Source of the DNA: Eledone cirrhosa
Lineage: Eukaryota
Direction of reading: 5' to 3'
Assembly (NCBI GenBank): GCA_964016885.1
Contig: OZ024747.1
Location: 34,472,001-34,536,000 of the forward strand
Length of the DNA stretch: 64,000 bases
Position numbers and translations under genes: made by a program. Within the stretch, counting starts at the first letter, position 1. Every line of letters begins with the position of its first letter. The notes below the pieces were generated by a model. The model did not search any database and was not told the DNA's origin. It was given only the letters and a program-made list of their open reading frames with translations. Shown here piece by piece: positions 41,031 through 56,886 of the stretch.

Positions 41031-41288
41031 AAACTAACAAAGTCAATCTGTGAACGCAAAAGTGAATATTTCAAAAAACGTTGCAACCGGAGGAAGACAG
41101 GAACGTGGTTTTGTCTTTGCGTGTAATTATTTTTCACCGCTCCAAATAATGACGTATTATATTCGTTTCTTTCCCGTTCTATGCAGGGAACGTTTCCACG
41201 AATCAAAGTATCGTCTTCCTGTCTTCCTCCGGCTGCAACGTCTTTTGAAATATTCACTTCTGCGTTCACATATTGACTTTGTTAGTTT
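41031..41288. mobile_element. MITE-like element with ~73 bp terminal inverted repeats
   Basis: aaactaacaaagtcaat...ggaagacagga mirrored by tcctgtcttcc...attgactttgttagttt; ~110 bp spacer; no HHR seen. Confidence 0.7.
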
Positions 41289-41860
41289 CAGAAGATCCCG
41301 TTAAGGGTGAAAGCAGCGATACTTAGCTTAAATTTTAATCTGTTATTTTAATAAATATTTGCTCTACGGTTCTTATATATTTGATATATATTTATCCTAA
41401 TCGAGCCCTCTTTGGATTTTAGTCTTCAAATTTATTATTATTACTATATATATATATATATATTGTTATACTTGGGGAGGGTCATATTTGTGAAATATTG
41501 CCAGAATTAATAACAGAACACACTCACTGTTTGGTTGGTTTTCGCTTCTCGCTGTCTTTTATATCTGCGATCTAACTTACTCGCTCCACAATGTTGCCAT
41601 TGACTGATCGACGGTCAAACATAATACAGATACAATATAGACACAAACACATATATATAGTTTACATAATTTACATAAATCTTCCGTTGCACATCTGCAA
41701 CATCGTCAGTGGTGTTATATTTTTTCCTCCTGTTGTGTTATATGTCTACGCCATTTTTTATTCAGTCTATCTATATATTTATTTATTTATTTGCTTGTTT
41801 GTTTATTATATTTTGTCTTATTTGCGCATGCGTTTGTGTGCGTGTATAGTGTTATATTTG

Positions 41861-41920
<60 letters not shown>

Positions 41921-41952
41921 CGCTCCATAGTTATATATATATATATATATAT

Positions 41953-42580
41953 ATAAAATATTAAAAATAATGAATAAAACAATGAAACAGTTCCTTATAT
42001 TAAACTAAAAAAGTTCATTATTTAACGATCGTTTCTAGGATATATATGTGTTAGAATTGGCATGCATATTCAACAGATCTATGTACAAAATTATACAAAA
42101 TTATACAAACTATCAAAATTAAATATACATACCAACACATATATATGCCGTCTTCAGAAATAATGAAATATATTTATTGATAATAACAACAATTCAGTTT
42201 TGAATTGTTGTTATTATCAATAAATATATTTCATTATTTCTGAAGACGGCATATATATGTGTTGGTATGTATATTTAATTTTGATAGTTTGTATAATTTT
42301 GTATAATTTTGTACATAGATCTGTTGAATATGCATGCCAATTCTAACACATATATATCCTAGAAACGATCGTTAAATAATGAACTTTTTTTGTTTAATAT
42401 AAGGAACTGTTTCATTGTTTTATTCATTATTTTTTTAATATTTTATCTTGACTCTGTATTCCGTTTATCTTTCACCGAAAGTGATTTTTCATTGCATCTC
42501 TTCTTTCCATGATATCCGGATTACATTGAGTTCTTCATACGGATTGGACACTACCGTAAACTCTTGGTAGATTTATCTAC
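41953..42580. mobile_element. Hairpin cassette P5: ~245 bp near-perfect arms (41953-42445) + unique tail, between (TA)n tracts
   Basis: Apex aattca-gttt-tgaatt at 42191-42206; only a couple of differences between arms. Confidence 0.95.
42230..42383 (+). ncRNA. Type I hammerhead ribozyme (mirror copy 42014-42167, minus)
   Basis: UUCAUUAUUU-CUGAAGA-[long stem II AUAUAUAUGUGUUGG/CUAACACAUAUAUAU]-GAAA-CGAUCG-UU-AAAUAAUGAA; perfect 10 bp stem I. Confidence 0.88.
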
Positions 42581-42616
<36 letters not shown>

Positions 42617-42796
42617 GAGTGTGCGTGTGTGTATATATATATATATATTGCTTAAACGTTAATCTGTTATTTTAATAAATATTTGCTCTAGGGTTCTTAT
42701 ATATTTGATATATATTTACCCATATCGAACCCACTTTGGATTTTAGTGTTCACATTTATTATTAACTCTATAAATATCTATCTATCTATCTATCTA

Positions 42797-44628
<1,832 letters not shown>

Positions 44629-45329
44629 CGTGTGTGTGTGTCCGTGTCCATGTATATATAATATATATATATTTATTTAGTTATTTTTCATGTATGTAAT
44701 TACATGAAATATAAAAACAAATAATAACAATAGTAGAAAACGCATAGTTTTGATTTGTATTTGTGTTGTTTTAGTAAACTGCAAAGAATTCATACGATTG
44801 TTATTGAGAAGAAAAAAATGAAAAATTCAGACTTAATGAAATTGTAATACTCAAAGCACAAATCACCGGAAATTTCGTTTGATGTTTGTGATTACAAGAC
44901 GATAGACTAATTGGAATATCTGGCTTTATGACTTTCATCTATAATGTTACATGCCTAGAAACCAATTAGACATTATAGTTATCTATAATGCTGCTAGTCA
45001 TTTTATTTTTGTGTGTGAAAAGCATAAAGATAAAAATGATGGTGATGGAAGTAGAAGCACAAAAACATACATACACATGCACGTACAGACACACGCACAC
45101 AAACAGATGCCTACTCAATTAGACAGAAACGTACATATCTTTTGAAATAGTATGCCATATATATATATATATATGCATATATATAGTCAAATACATATAG
45201 CTTCCTCCTCTTCCTCCCCCCCCCCCCCCTCCTCCTCCTCCTCCTCATGATCATCATCATCTTCTTCTTCTTCTTCTTCTTCTTCTTCTGGAACACGTCC
45301 TGTCAGAAACAACCGTTTTCAAATGATCC

Positions 45330-45700
45330 GGCTGGACCCACAAGCAACACTAGACAAGCTAATTGATGTTATCTAACCATCTTGCTCTGTGTCTTCACCG
45401 GACATGGTCCGAAGATTCTTGAACTTCTGCACAGAATTCAGCGGAACTCCATTCATATGTAGAGTGCATTGCGTTTGCTTCCCTGAGTGTCTCAGACTCC
45501 GCAGCGCTGAATTTCATTCCTACTGTGCAGTATTCATTAGCAGGGCTATCAAGTGCATGTCGAAGAACAGATTCCGACTAGTTAAGAAGTACCTTTACGG
45601 CTGCAAATTCCAGCCGACCGATCAAAAACCCGACAGTCTTGATGTCACTCCAGCCTTGCAGCTCATGTCAATTCTGTTCCTTTCAGGAGTCCGACAACAA
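45330..45700 (-). pseudogene. Possible highly decayed LINE RT fragment
   Basis: Minus strand VGMKFS... and MNGVPLNSVQKFKNL resemble the late RT (FKYLG) region. Confidence 0.35.
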
Positions 45701-46419
45701 TAATTGAATGGTTTCGACTTAGCACCATGTATCTGAATACAAGTGCTAGCTTACTCTTATAGAGGAATCAGAGCAACTGGATGCAGCCCATCGATCCCAT
45801 ATTTATATACATGTATATATAACCATATATGTCTGAATGTATGGATGTATGTATATATGTGTACGTGTGTGTATATATCGTGAGAGTAACTGTGTTTTCA
45901 AAGTGTTATTAATTCGGCTTCGTATTCGTTCCGTTCCGTTTTTGACTCCATTACGAGTCATTTACCTTAGTTTCAGGTTGTCCTAGGCCTTTAGAGTGAA
46001 TAAAATCTTCTCTAGACATTAAAAAACATTATACTTGACAAAAAAGTGCATTACCAGACATTCCGCACGTTATAAAGTAAAGAGCATGGGTTGGCGTATC
46101 AATATGTAAACTAAATGACTAATTCTGTTTTCCTTTTTAAAGAATCGGAGGAGACAGCCTAGAAAAATATCTATCCCACCCCACTATTATTTGGGACCCG
46201 AGAGTGTATAACAATGATATTGAGAATCACCTAGTTAATCCCTGGGCCAAAAGGCCAACATGCTTTCTCTAAAATTTCAGAATGAAATCAGATATGTATC
46301 AATATGGCTAAGCAATTCATTTTCAAATATGTTGCTTATGGCATCTCCCAGGCTAACGCCATGAGCAATATATAAAATGAAGTCATATCTCAAAATACGT
46401 AGACTCGCTGGGTCTACGT

Positions 46420-48435
46420 ACCAGCTTGGCTAGAACATTCTTTAGAGTACTGGATAAATGTTTCCCTAAGGCCCACAGGTACCATAAAATATTCAACAGG
46501 CACACGGTGAAACTTTCCTACTCAACCACACGTTCCGTAGCCCAGCTCATAGCCGGCATAAATAGGAATAGACTCAATGCCTCTAATACCACCGTAAACC
46601 CCGGAGCCACCCAACAGAACCACCACGCGGGATGCATCAGACCCCGGACAGGCCCAACTAACACAGCGGAACCCAACGACACTGTGCTGATTGCGGCGGC
46701 TGCCCAGATGGTAACCACGCGCTACATGTGCAGAGGCTTAAGAAGTCATGCAATTGCAGAGACCCATCACTATGCTCCCTTAGTAATGAATGCATGACGA
46801 AAAACGTAGTCTACAGGTGCAAGGTCACACCCCTAACTCGGAGCAGCACTACATAGGATCCACGGCGACGAGCTTCAAAGATAGGTGGTATAACTATCAG
46901 GACTCCTTTAACAGAATAGAAAAGAGGAAATGTACGGCCCTTTCTGAATTGATCTGGAAGCACAAACTTGAAAAGCCCCGCACTCTCTGGTCTTGTCCGT
47001 GGTTAGAAAGGTTCCCCCAGACAGAGGTGGGTCTGGTATTAGCAACAGCTGTCTTAGTGAGACACTCGAAATACTACATGGCGGAACCAAGCTATTAAAC
47101 AAAAGGGCCGACTTATTTGGCGCCTACGGACACCTAAGGACGGGAACTTTCCTCAAGGTATATGGATTAACCCCGGTTATGGCCTCCCACAACGCCCCCC
47201 CCTGTAGGTCCCCTACATCCCGTACCAAGACCAATGGGCAACAACACCCATCCATGGTTTGTGGTCCCTACGGTGGATTGTCCACCTCATACTCTACTGG
47301 TTAGGAGACAGCAAAATCACGTTTATTGAACCTGAGGATCCCCCCCCCGGGGAGTGGCCCGCTCGGTAAGAACAATCATCCTTAGGTACTAACCCTATAC
47401 GCATGAATGCGTGCCTGCAACCGTCGTTGTGTGTGTATACTGTGATTACGTGAATGTACACACTTATGTAAACGCAATGAAATAATAATACCACAGGTTG
47501 TATTTGAAAAATGTTCGAGTATATTTGAGTATAGAGTATATTTGTATATGCTCTCTTGTATGAGTTCACATGTGTATATAAACATACATACGCATCCAGA
47601 GGTATACAAGTGTGGGTGGGTGCTTGTACCTATATATGTCTGTACTAAGGGATTCACCTAAGCTCCAAAGACCCTAAGCTATTGCTGTGAAGATATATAT
47701 ATCACACTCTACTTTTGTCTAGTCTAAACAATAACTTTTCCAAACACCCACTTTACTTTTCTTTAAAAATAACACCCACCTTGTTTTATTTCTGCCATAT
47801 ACTTGGATTTGGGGGCCTCTGCTGTATATATATATACACTTGTGCGTACATACATATATATACACACCTGTTTGGATTTGTTTGTGTAGATATGTGTGTA
47901 TGTATGTGGGGGTAGGTGTGAGTGTATGTACAAGTCAACCAACATAAGTCTTTTTATTTGTAAACTTTCTAAATATTTGACTCTAACCATAATTTTCTTG
48001 TATTACCACCCCACATAAATTCCTCAATTTAAGAATGACCTGTAGTATCGAATTTCATACTATAAAACCTCAATTGAATATATATCTGACCAGGAATGAT
48101 TTTTGTGAAAAACAGTCATATGAAACTATTGTCATCTTGCCTCACGGTTTGAACTGTACAACACCAGCTGCCTCTTTGAAGTCAAATACCAACCCTACTA
48201 GTATGTACAAACTGACAAATTAGAATTAAGATTATTACTGCTGACTACATTAAGTTATCCCTAACAAGCTCATATGCCCCAAGGCTCTGAAACCATCAAC
48301 ACCATCAACACAGAGCTGGCATATCTAAGAACTGACTAAATGCCTGATGAGATAATAGCCATTCAATGGCTATCATCGAAATATATATAGCAGTAAATAA
48401 AGGATTATGAGTCCATGCAATTGACGGATGTTTCG

Positions 48436-48440
<5 letters not shown>
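46420..48440 (+). mobile_element. Naiad-like PLE 3' portion
   Basis: HRYHKIFNRHTVKLSYS, CNCR...C.L..EC...NVVY, YIGST.TSFKDRW, TALS..IW, LLNKR; 3' repeat ends at (TA)n. Confidence 0.85.
48341..48392 (+). ncRNA. Type I hammerhead ribozyme
   Basis: UGC-CUGAUGA-GAUAAUAGCCAU(UCA)AUGGCUAUCAUC-GAAA-UAUAUA-UA-GCA. Confidence 0.85.
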
Positions 48441-48507
<67 letters not shown>

Positions 48508-50159
48508 TTTAATTCCTGCATGTTTGTCTATTTTTGTTTGTTTGTTCAAGAACAACTCCTATGGTTTTGGAGAGAGACTCCCATGACCATTTTTATTCTG
48601 AAAGTACATTTCCCACCGTACTTGGATAAGTATATTTCATTTTTATTAAAGATAAGGAGAAATAACAGATGAGGAATTTAAAGATAAGAGATAAAGCGTA
48701 AAGGGTAGAGGTAGAAGTAAGGATAAACTAAAGATAACAATAAAGTGATGATAATATAAGAAAATATTAAAATATAATAAAAAATAATAAAAATAAAAAT
48801 GAGAATAAAATATGAGTATAAAAGGGGATAAACATAAACATAAAATAAAAATGAAGCATAAAAGATTATATAATCAATGCAAATAAATGCAAGCAAGTGT
48901 AGTTGTAGACAGTAAGGGATAATATTAACGAAAATAATCATATAGTGGATTCCATGTATCCATCACAGTATGGCAACAAGTGTTATAGGTGGCGTTCAAA
49001 TGCAATTTATATATGTGGTTCACAGAACATATAGGTCGCTAAAGCAAAGCGTAGTGGAAGCAGGTGAAAGCAATCATCATGGATATCAGTAGATTATAAC
49101 GTTTACGTGTGTGTGTGTGTTTGGGTGTAAGTCTACATAGACCTACGTACATACGCACACACTCATATATTTATATATAAATACATACATACATGTATCA
49201 ACATGTTCCATTCGTCCGTGATACCCCTTACGATTACAATACCATCCACTCCAGTCTCGTGTTGGGATCAATACCTCCGCATCATAGCTGTGGGGTTGTG
49301 AGTCCATGAAATCCCAAGATTCTCAGCATACCACATGGACGTAACTATACATATCAAGCTGTAAGGTACATTCGCCGCATCCACAGTATCGCTTACTATA
49401 TTCCAACCTGGTACAATGGTACTCCAATATGTTCTAATTTAATTAATTAAATCAAATCAATTGACCGTTTAATTCCAGTGTTTGCAGCGTTCCAGTGCTT
49501 CTATGTTCTTCACTTTGCTCACATTTAAAGATCAACACTCAGAATATGATGACGTAGTAAACATTTCGAGTGGACATCATAATGCTCTTAGCAGGCTGGC
49601 CATTCCCTTGGGGGAAGGATAAGGGAGGTCAGTCAGGCCGTCTATTTACGAAGATACAGATTAAATCATTCCGTGATAAGGGGGGACAACTCTAGATTGT
49701 ATCGATTTTGACCAAACACGCCAGCGACAATAAACGCAATATCAAATACCCCCCTCCCGCCGGTATGAGTTGTTTACCCACACTGAAGCCGGTTATGGCA
49801 TCAATGTTGGGTTCACTCATAGCACCAGACAGGAATAATCACTACAGTCTGTTATTTGAGCAATCCTTTTGGGACTGTTGTTAGCAGTATTCCTACATTA
49901 ATTGATCTCTATGAACGCAGGGTGATCTTACCACACTAAAATGTACCATTCCTCGAATTCCAGGTCAAATCCAGTGAAATCGAATTTGAGGTCCCCTTCT
50001 TACTAGTTGGGTGCGGGTACATTAAGGGGTATGCAAGTTGAAGAGATAAATGAGTGCTAAAGAAGAAGATAAATGAGTGTTAAAGAAAAGAAAAAGAAAA
50101 ATAACCTAAGTTAAGAACGGCTTATCTAGATACTCGGCTTAAAATAGAGGAAAGAACTT

Positions 50160-50920
50160 AGGATTATATGCGGACAGGAGGAAAATATGTCAGATTTCCT
50201 ATTGAGCAGGTTTTGTCTGGAGTAAACTATGGCTTGAGATTCCAAAAGGCAGAGGTTACACATTTTGCTCGGTGGGCGATAAGGTGCAGACCTAGCCAGC
50301 TGTCTCCAATTAAGAGTATAGGAGGTGCCGGCTTTTTTTTTAAAACGGAAATATAGCCTGCCAACGAGGTTGTATTCTTAAGCCTATCATGTCTAAAGGT
50401 GCTTCTATGTGAGTTATATCTCGTTTTAAACGAGGTGGATGTTGAGCGAATGTAGGTGTTGGTAGAGGTAGGTGTTGTGACGTCACAAGCGTAGACTATA
50501 TTTTTCATGAGGCAGTAGCCCCTGAGAGGGCAACTATCTCTCTGCCTACAATTGTAGTTGCGCGTTGTGTCATTCAACATGCTTCGGGGCGGGTGGCTAT
50601 TTGCACTATCCCGAAGGATTACTTATGCATTTGGTGGGTCACTACCTCCATCAGGCAACCTATTTCCCAGTGGGTTAGGTGGTTGGTGGTTATTTTTAGA
50701 TCTGATGGTCTCAAAACCTTCCCTAATTTTCCTATTATTTGTGCGTGCTAAGTGTGAGGCTAGATTAGGTGTAGTAGAATAGGATAATTTAATTGTAATT
50801 TTATTGATAATACTGTGATATCTACTGCCTGGCGGGAAGTTCTTTTCTAGTATCGAGAAGAATATTCTAGGAAGGTTGGTAAGGACTTCGGAGTTATAAG
50901 GTTGGTTGAAATAAGTGTCC
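50160..50920 (-). mobile_element. Naiad-like PLE fragment (GIY-YIG region)
   Basis: YFNQP, IKLSYSTTPN, NCRQRDSCPLRGYCLMKNIVY..YI.ST.TSFKTRYNSH, LLNRK. Confidence 0.85.
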
Positions 50921-50924
50921 TTTT

Positions 50925-51645
50925 ACATCATGGGTGTCCTTTTACATCCTGGGTGTCCTTTTACATCATGGATCACAGGCCTCGCGCACCAGGACTGAAC
51001 AATGTCTGTTTCCCCTCTTGACCTCAACTCACCTCCCCAATTTCTCTAATACCCCGACCATTATCACACCCCTAGATTCCTATCGCTTTCTCTTGATCAT
51101 TAACTTCTTCTCTTACAACTAATACAAGCCGACTCCACTTTTCCTTCACTGCTCTGTATACACACATACACACCCTTATATTAAGATACTTTTGCTCATA
51201 GCTTTGTACTTACATCCACACACATATTCTTTTACTTACATATACACACACATTTCTTCTTAGTTTCGTACGGACGTGTAATAACACACACACATGCTTA
51301 TGCACGTGCACAAGTATAGCTATTTCTACAAAACGCTTTTTCTCCATTTCAGGTAGACTCGCTCAATCATCCACTTTTGTAAAAAATAAATCATACACAA
51401 AAGGCCAGCACCAACAGTTTTGAAAGAGATGTCAACATGAATGGACCTGTTATTTTTATCTAAAGACATTTTTTTCCAATTCCCACCCGTCTGTCCCCTA
51501 AATCTATCTTATGTCTCATTCTTTCTTCTGATGAAGGGCTAGCGTCCAAAACTTTAAGACCCTCTTCCTGCTATATCAAGTGTTAACCTAATACATCCCT
51601 TCCATATACTGTACCGATTGTTTTGTTATTTCTGTTTACCTTTTA
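50925..51645 (+). repeat. 3' end of the Neptune-like family at 52810-56070
   Basis: Matches 55590-56068; contains degenerate HHR CUGAUGA-A-GGGC(UAGC)GUCC-AAAA at 51524-51559. Confidence 0.88.
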
Positions 51646-51742
51646 CACACACACACACACACACATATATATATGAGACTTATAAAAGAGAAAACGACTG
51701 TATTGGATGTGTTGTCTGGTATGACGTGGACAGTAATGTGTA

Positions 51743-51834
<92 letters not shown>

Positions 51835-51836
51835 TA

Positions 51837-52067
51837 TCATAAAACTTCCTTATTAGGCTGGGGGAGTAAACTGCCAATTAAATTGTAGCATTGGCCTTGG
51901 ATTTTAAATGTGAAATAACCATAGTCAGTATGATCTTTTTCAGCTCCAAAGGACGTCATCTGAAATGCAGCAATATACCGCATAACATTGCTTCTGAAGT
52001 GTTTAGCTTCGTTAGTACAGTCTGTAAATAGTTTATGGATAAAAACTGGAAGGTAGATTAATTTCAA
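51837..52067 (-). pseudogene. Helitron Rep/helicase remnant
   Basis: HFRSNVMRYIAAFQMTSFGA...TFKIQGQCYNLIGSLLP matches the Helitron motif AFQMTSFG...FKIQGQxYHxIGSLLP. Confidence 0.85.
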
Positions 52068-52281
52068 ATACTATCAATTTTTCTTTGTTCTGTGAAATCA
52101 AAGACTCTAAAATGAATTTATAAAAGCTAACGCAATATTGTTAAAACTTCTTATATATCAAAGGATCTATATTTTAAGCCGTTTCTAGACTTTCGTGGGA
52201 CGTCATTCTCTCTCTCTGAATATTTAACACTTTAATTGTATCGCCCTCTGTATAACGGCCTATCTCTCTCTTTCTGCTCTG

Positions 52282-52351
<70 letters not shown>

Positions 52352-52809
52352 TGTGTGTAGTTTTCGTGTGATTCAACCAACCAATCAGCCAATCATTTAT
52401 ATTCTTTTATATTATATAAAGATGTAGCCTACCAGATCTACCCGGCATTGACCCGGTTTAAGACAGTAACGAAATTTCACTCAAAATATTTTCAAGGTTA
52501 TATTTGAAACTAATCTTTATATTTCTTGTATGAAAAATATCTCAGCAGATCTCATTCAATTTATAGGCAATTTGGGCTCTGAAGGAAAGGGCTTGAAATC
52601 AAACCATTCTTACTGGGAGAAACATGACTGGTGATGGATCTTCGAGTACGATGCCCTCTCCGGCCGTGAAATCCATCAAGAGACCTGTGACGATGGAGTT
52701 TCTGGAGTAAATAGAGGCGTAGCAGAGAAGGATGGAAAGATTGCGTTAGCTTCAAGAAGGATTATTTCGAAGAGAATATTTGTAGTTTATAATTTGAATA
52801 TGAAATACT

Positions 52810-55800
52810 TTTGTTACGACCCCAGTCCAGTTTCACTTCTGACGCACCTCGTTCCCCGACTCACTACCACTTTTACTCTACTACATTCCTCTCAGCCGTC
52901 TATTTATCACTCCCGCACTAGTACCTTCAATATTCCCAATCTTAATTCTTTTCTCCGCCAGCTCCATTATACTCTCAATCGCTTCCACCAACCACTCCCT
53001 CTATATGCATCCAATCCTCCCTGCATCTCTCCAACCTCATCTTCACCAAAATACGATACCACAGTCACATCACATTTTTAAGTCGCTATCTCCACCACCC
53101 CCTCATTCCCCGTGGTTTCCGCCTTAAGTTTCACCGCACCTCTTACTCTGCTCCATTCACTGAGCCCATCCTTACCCACTCCTCTCGCCAGCTCATACGG
53201 GAGACCATTCGATCAACTCTCGCCCAAATCCGTTCTCTCGACCGAGATCTCCCCAAGGCCTACCTCCATCTCTCCTCCACTTGCCACCCTTTTCTCGCCC
53301 AAACCCTTTTCTAATTCATCTTTTACTTCAATCGCCTCCTTTTCAATTTCTTCAATTCCGCAAAAAATCATAAACTCGACTCTCTCCGCTCCCCGCCTGT
53401 CGTCACCACCCATACTCATATCACGCCCAACCCTAAGCCCTCTATCCCGTCACCTACCACTGAATCTGCACCCGCTTTGCCCAACCACTTTGACCCCTCC
53501 GCTTCCGCCTCTTTCACTACCTCACGTCCCTGCACTGTAATCACCATACCCCAGGACCTACCACTCTCCAAAGCTGAGAGCTCCCTCCTGACCATGGTTT
53601 GGGTTTTATACCAACCACATCTACCTGCGACTAGTTCCGCACACGTGCCGAGATTGAAGGGTTCTTCCGTCGATTAAAGCTGAAAGCTTTTTTTCATGAC
53701 ACGCCATCATCAACACAGACAGATGACTTCACTCGTCTCAGTCGCCGGCAATCACATTGGACCTCGAGCTCTGGCCAGTTCAGCACACTCGACTCCTTTG
53801 TCGATACTTGGCGGCGTACTGTGAATCGGTTCCGTTTCCACCAGCATTCTCGTCGCTCTAACATCCCGTGAACTGAGCTATCCACTCTTCGCAACCTTCG
53901 GTGTCGCGATGACATTGTCATCAAACCCGCTGACAAAGGTGGCGCTGTGGTGGTTTGGAGTGCTGATCTCTATAGTGCTGAGGCTCTCCGCCAGCTTCAC
54001 AATACCCATTGTTACCGCCCTTTATCCACCGACCCCACTCCTGGCTACCAACAACTCTTGTCCTCCACCATCCACGAGCTCAGCTCCTCCTCTCACCTAC
54101 CTCCCAGAGCCTCCAACCTTATAGTGTGCACCCCTCGCACACCCACCATCCACTTCCTCCCTAAAATACACAAACAAAATAATCTTGGCCGTCCTATCGT
54201 TTCACCGTACAACTGCTCCACCGAGATAATTTCTGAATATTTAGACACCATCCTCGCGCCATTGGTCGGCAATCTCCCCTCCCACATCCACGATACAAAT
54301 GATGCCCTTAGACTTTTCAACTCTTTCTCCTTCCCTCCTGGTCCCTCCCACCCTCTCTTTACCCTAGACATCACTTCTCTCTGTACCGTCATGCCTCATG
54401 ATGACGGCCTGCACTCTCTCCAGCATTTATTAGATTTACGCCCTACACCTTACCCCAGCACTACCACTCTTTTCTGTCTGTTTGAGCTTGTTCTGACCCC
54501 AAATGGATTTTCTTTTTCGGGTGAATTTTACCAGCAGGTCTCTGGGGTAGCGATGGGAACCAGAACTATGCCAACTTGTTTGTTGGCTACGTCGAAGCCC
54601 ATATCTTCTACCAATACGCTGGACCGACTCCTGAGTTATACGGTCGTTATATCAACGACTGTATCGTCACCACCTCTCTATCACGAGAACAGTTCGACTG
54701 TGTTCTTTCTTTTGTCCAACCTTTCCATCCTGCTCTCAATTTCACCGCGTCCGTCTCCGATTCTTCTGTCGCTTTTCTAGATATCTCTCTATCTATTAAT
54801 CACTCTCACCACACCTTCTCTACTTCCATCTACATTAAGCCAACATACTCCCAATCTTATCTCAACTTCACATCCTCCCATCCAACCCAAACCAAACACT
54901 CCATAGCTTATTCCCAATTCCTCCGGCTTCGTCGACTCTGTAGCCAGGACGACAATTTCGAAACCCATTCCCTTCGCATGGCTTCCTGCTTCATCCAGCG
55001 TGGATATCCCCACCTTGATCCAAGTTACCCTCACCTGAGCCCGTGAAACAGACCGCACCACAGCCCTCTCACCTCACCCCCGCCCTCCCAACACCCGTAT
55101 TCCTTTCCCTCTCACTTACCACCCCAGTACCCTACCACTCCGGCGACATATCCTCCGTTCCTTCCGAATCCTCTCTTCTGACCCCGTCACTTCTCGCTTT
55201 TTTCCCAACACACCCATTACTGCTTTTAAGCGCGCCCGAAACCTGCACGACCTCCTGGTTCGTAGTTCTTTTTCGTCCTCTCCCACGACTCCACCCAGCT
55301 CTCATCCTTGTCCCGTTCCCGCTGCAAAACTTGTCCCTTTATTTCCACCATCACCGATCGTACAGGCCCTAATGGGTCTTTCCGTATCCGCACTTCCTTC
55401 ACCTGCACATCCACCCACGTTGTGTATGCCCTCCGGTGTTCCCTTTGCGGTTTTTATATATCGGGCAAACGGGACGCCGTACGGCGGACCGTTTTTCCGA
55501 ACATTTGAGGGACATACAACTCGGTTTGGATACTCCTGTCGCCCGTTATTTCTGTTCTCCTGGTCATTCTTCCCTACATGTTTCAGTGCTGGGTGTCCTT
55601 TTACATCATGGATCACAGGCCTCGCGCACCAGGACTGAAGAACGTCTGATTCAACGCCTTGGGTCCTATTCCCTTCTTGGACTCAACTCACCTCCCCAAT
55701 TTCTCTAATACCCCGTCCATTATCACACACCTAGATTCCTATCACTTTCTCTTGATAATTAGCAGCTTCTCTTACTACTAATACATACCGATATACACCC

Positions 55801-56070
55801 TTATGTTAATATACGTTTGCTCATAGCTTCGTACTTACATGCACAAACACACATTTCTTCTTAGCTTCGTACGGACCTATAATAACACACACACACACAC
55901 ACACACAAACTCATGCTTACGCACGTGCTCAAGCATACCTCTTTTTACAAAACGTTTTTTTCCATTTCAGGTAGACGTGCGCAATCATCCACTTTTTTAT
56001 CAAGCGTTAACCTAATATATACCTTCCATATACTGTACCGATTGTGTTGTTATTTCTGTTTACCTTTTAC
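52810..56070 (+). mobile_element. Neptune-like PLE, near full length, degenerate
   Basis: FLSRYL...IPRGF, IKPADKGGAVVVW, FLPKIHK..GRPIVS, LDITSL, GVAMGT, RYIND, AFLD, SSHP, YSQFLRLRRLCS, RCKTC, FTCTS..VVY..RC..C..YIGQTGR, GLN. Confidence 0.92.
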
Positions 56071-56136
56071 GTACATCAAGCAAGATGGCGTAGTACAGAA
56101 CAAAGGAGAGGCACAAAACAAATACAATAATCCCCA

Positions 56137-56179
56137 GTCACTGAAGAGGTCACATAATGTGTGACGAAAGAACTTTGAC
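56137..56179 (+). ncRNA. Type I hammerhead ribozyme in PLE 3' repeat fragment (56075-56310)
   Basis: GUCA-CUGAAGA-G-GUCACA(UAAUG)UGUGAC-GAAA-GAAC-UU-UGAC; same family as 43066-43108. Confidence 0.85.
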
Positions 56180-56886
56180 AATCTATGAACAACCGTCCGG
56201 TTGTGGAACCAACCAACCAACTGGACATTTATAAATTCTTAAATTTATAATTTAATTCATAATACATTGGAGTGAAAGCAACTGGTGCGTGTGTTTCTTA
56301 TTGGCAAAGTGTAACAATATCGGTTTCAGCACACGTTTTCAGATAAATAATCTTGCTAAACAAATTCAGAAACGAAATATATATATATACATATATATAT
56401 ATGAGAAGAATATGAGGCACAAGATCATTGCGCGAATAATACAGATTAGAACTGTTCCCAAGTATAAAGATATTTGGTAAAAGGGGTCCTAATTGCAATA
56501 GTCACTTAGGTAATTTATTGACCTTAGTTGTTAACTCTTCTTTGAATGCAAAGCTAATGTATATATGTTAACTCTTGTTAACTTCAGAGGTCTCAAAATA
56601 TATAAGAGCAAAATCTAGTGTTTGTGTTATATATATATGATTAATATTTTATCAGTTTCTAAGGCAATCGATATATATATCTGTAATTAAGAAAACTCAG
56701 TTAATGCATCTGTTAATTCTGTTACGTTGATAATATTTAATAAATTCATTATGTGTTTTATGATTAAATAACGTAGTATATAATTTATGGTGCGGAATGT
56801 GTTGCGTTTCTTTGGAATGTAACATCGATTTTGGCGGGGAACATTTCCTGGTATGATACGCAATATATTTAGTATATTTTTTTTCT

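Noticed and set aside
52561-52755. GC-richer unique stretch, possible exon
   Set aside because: No convincing splice-site pair or recognisable protein motif.
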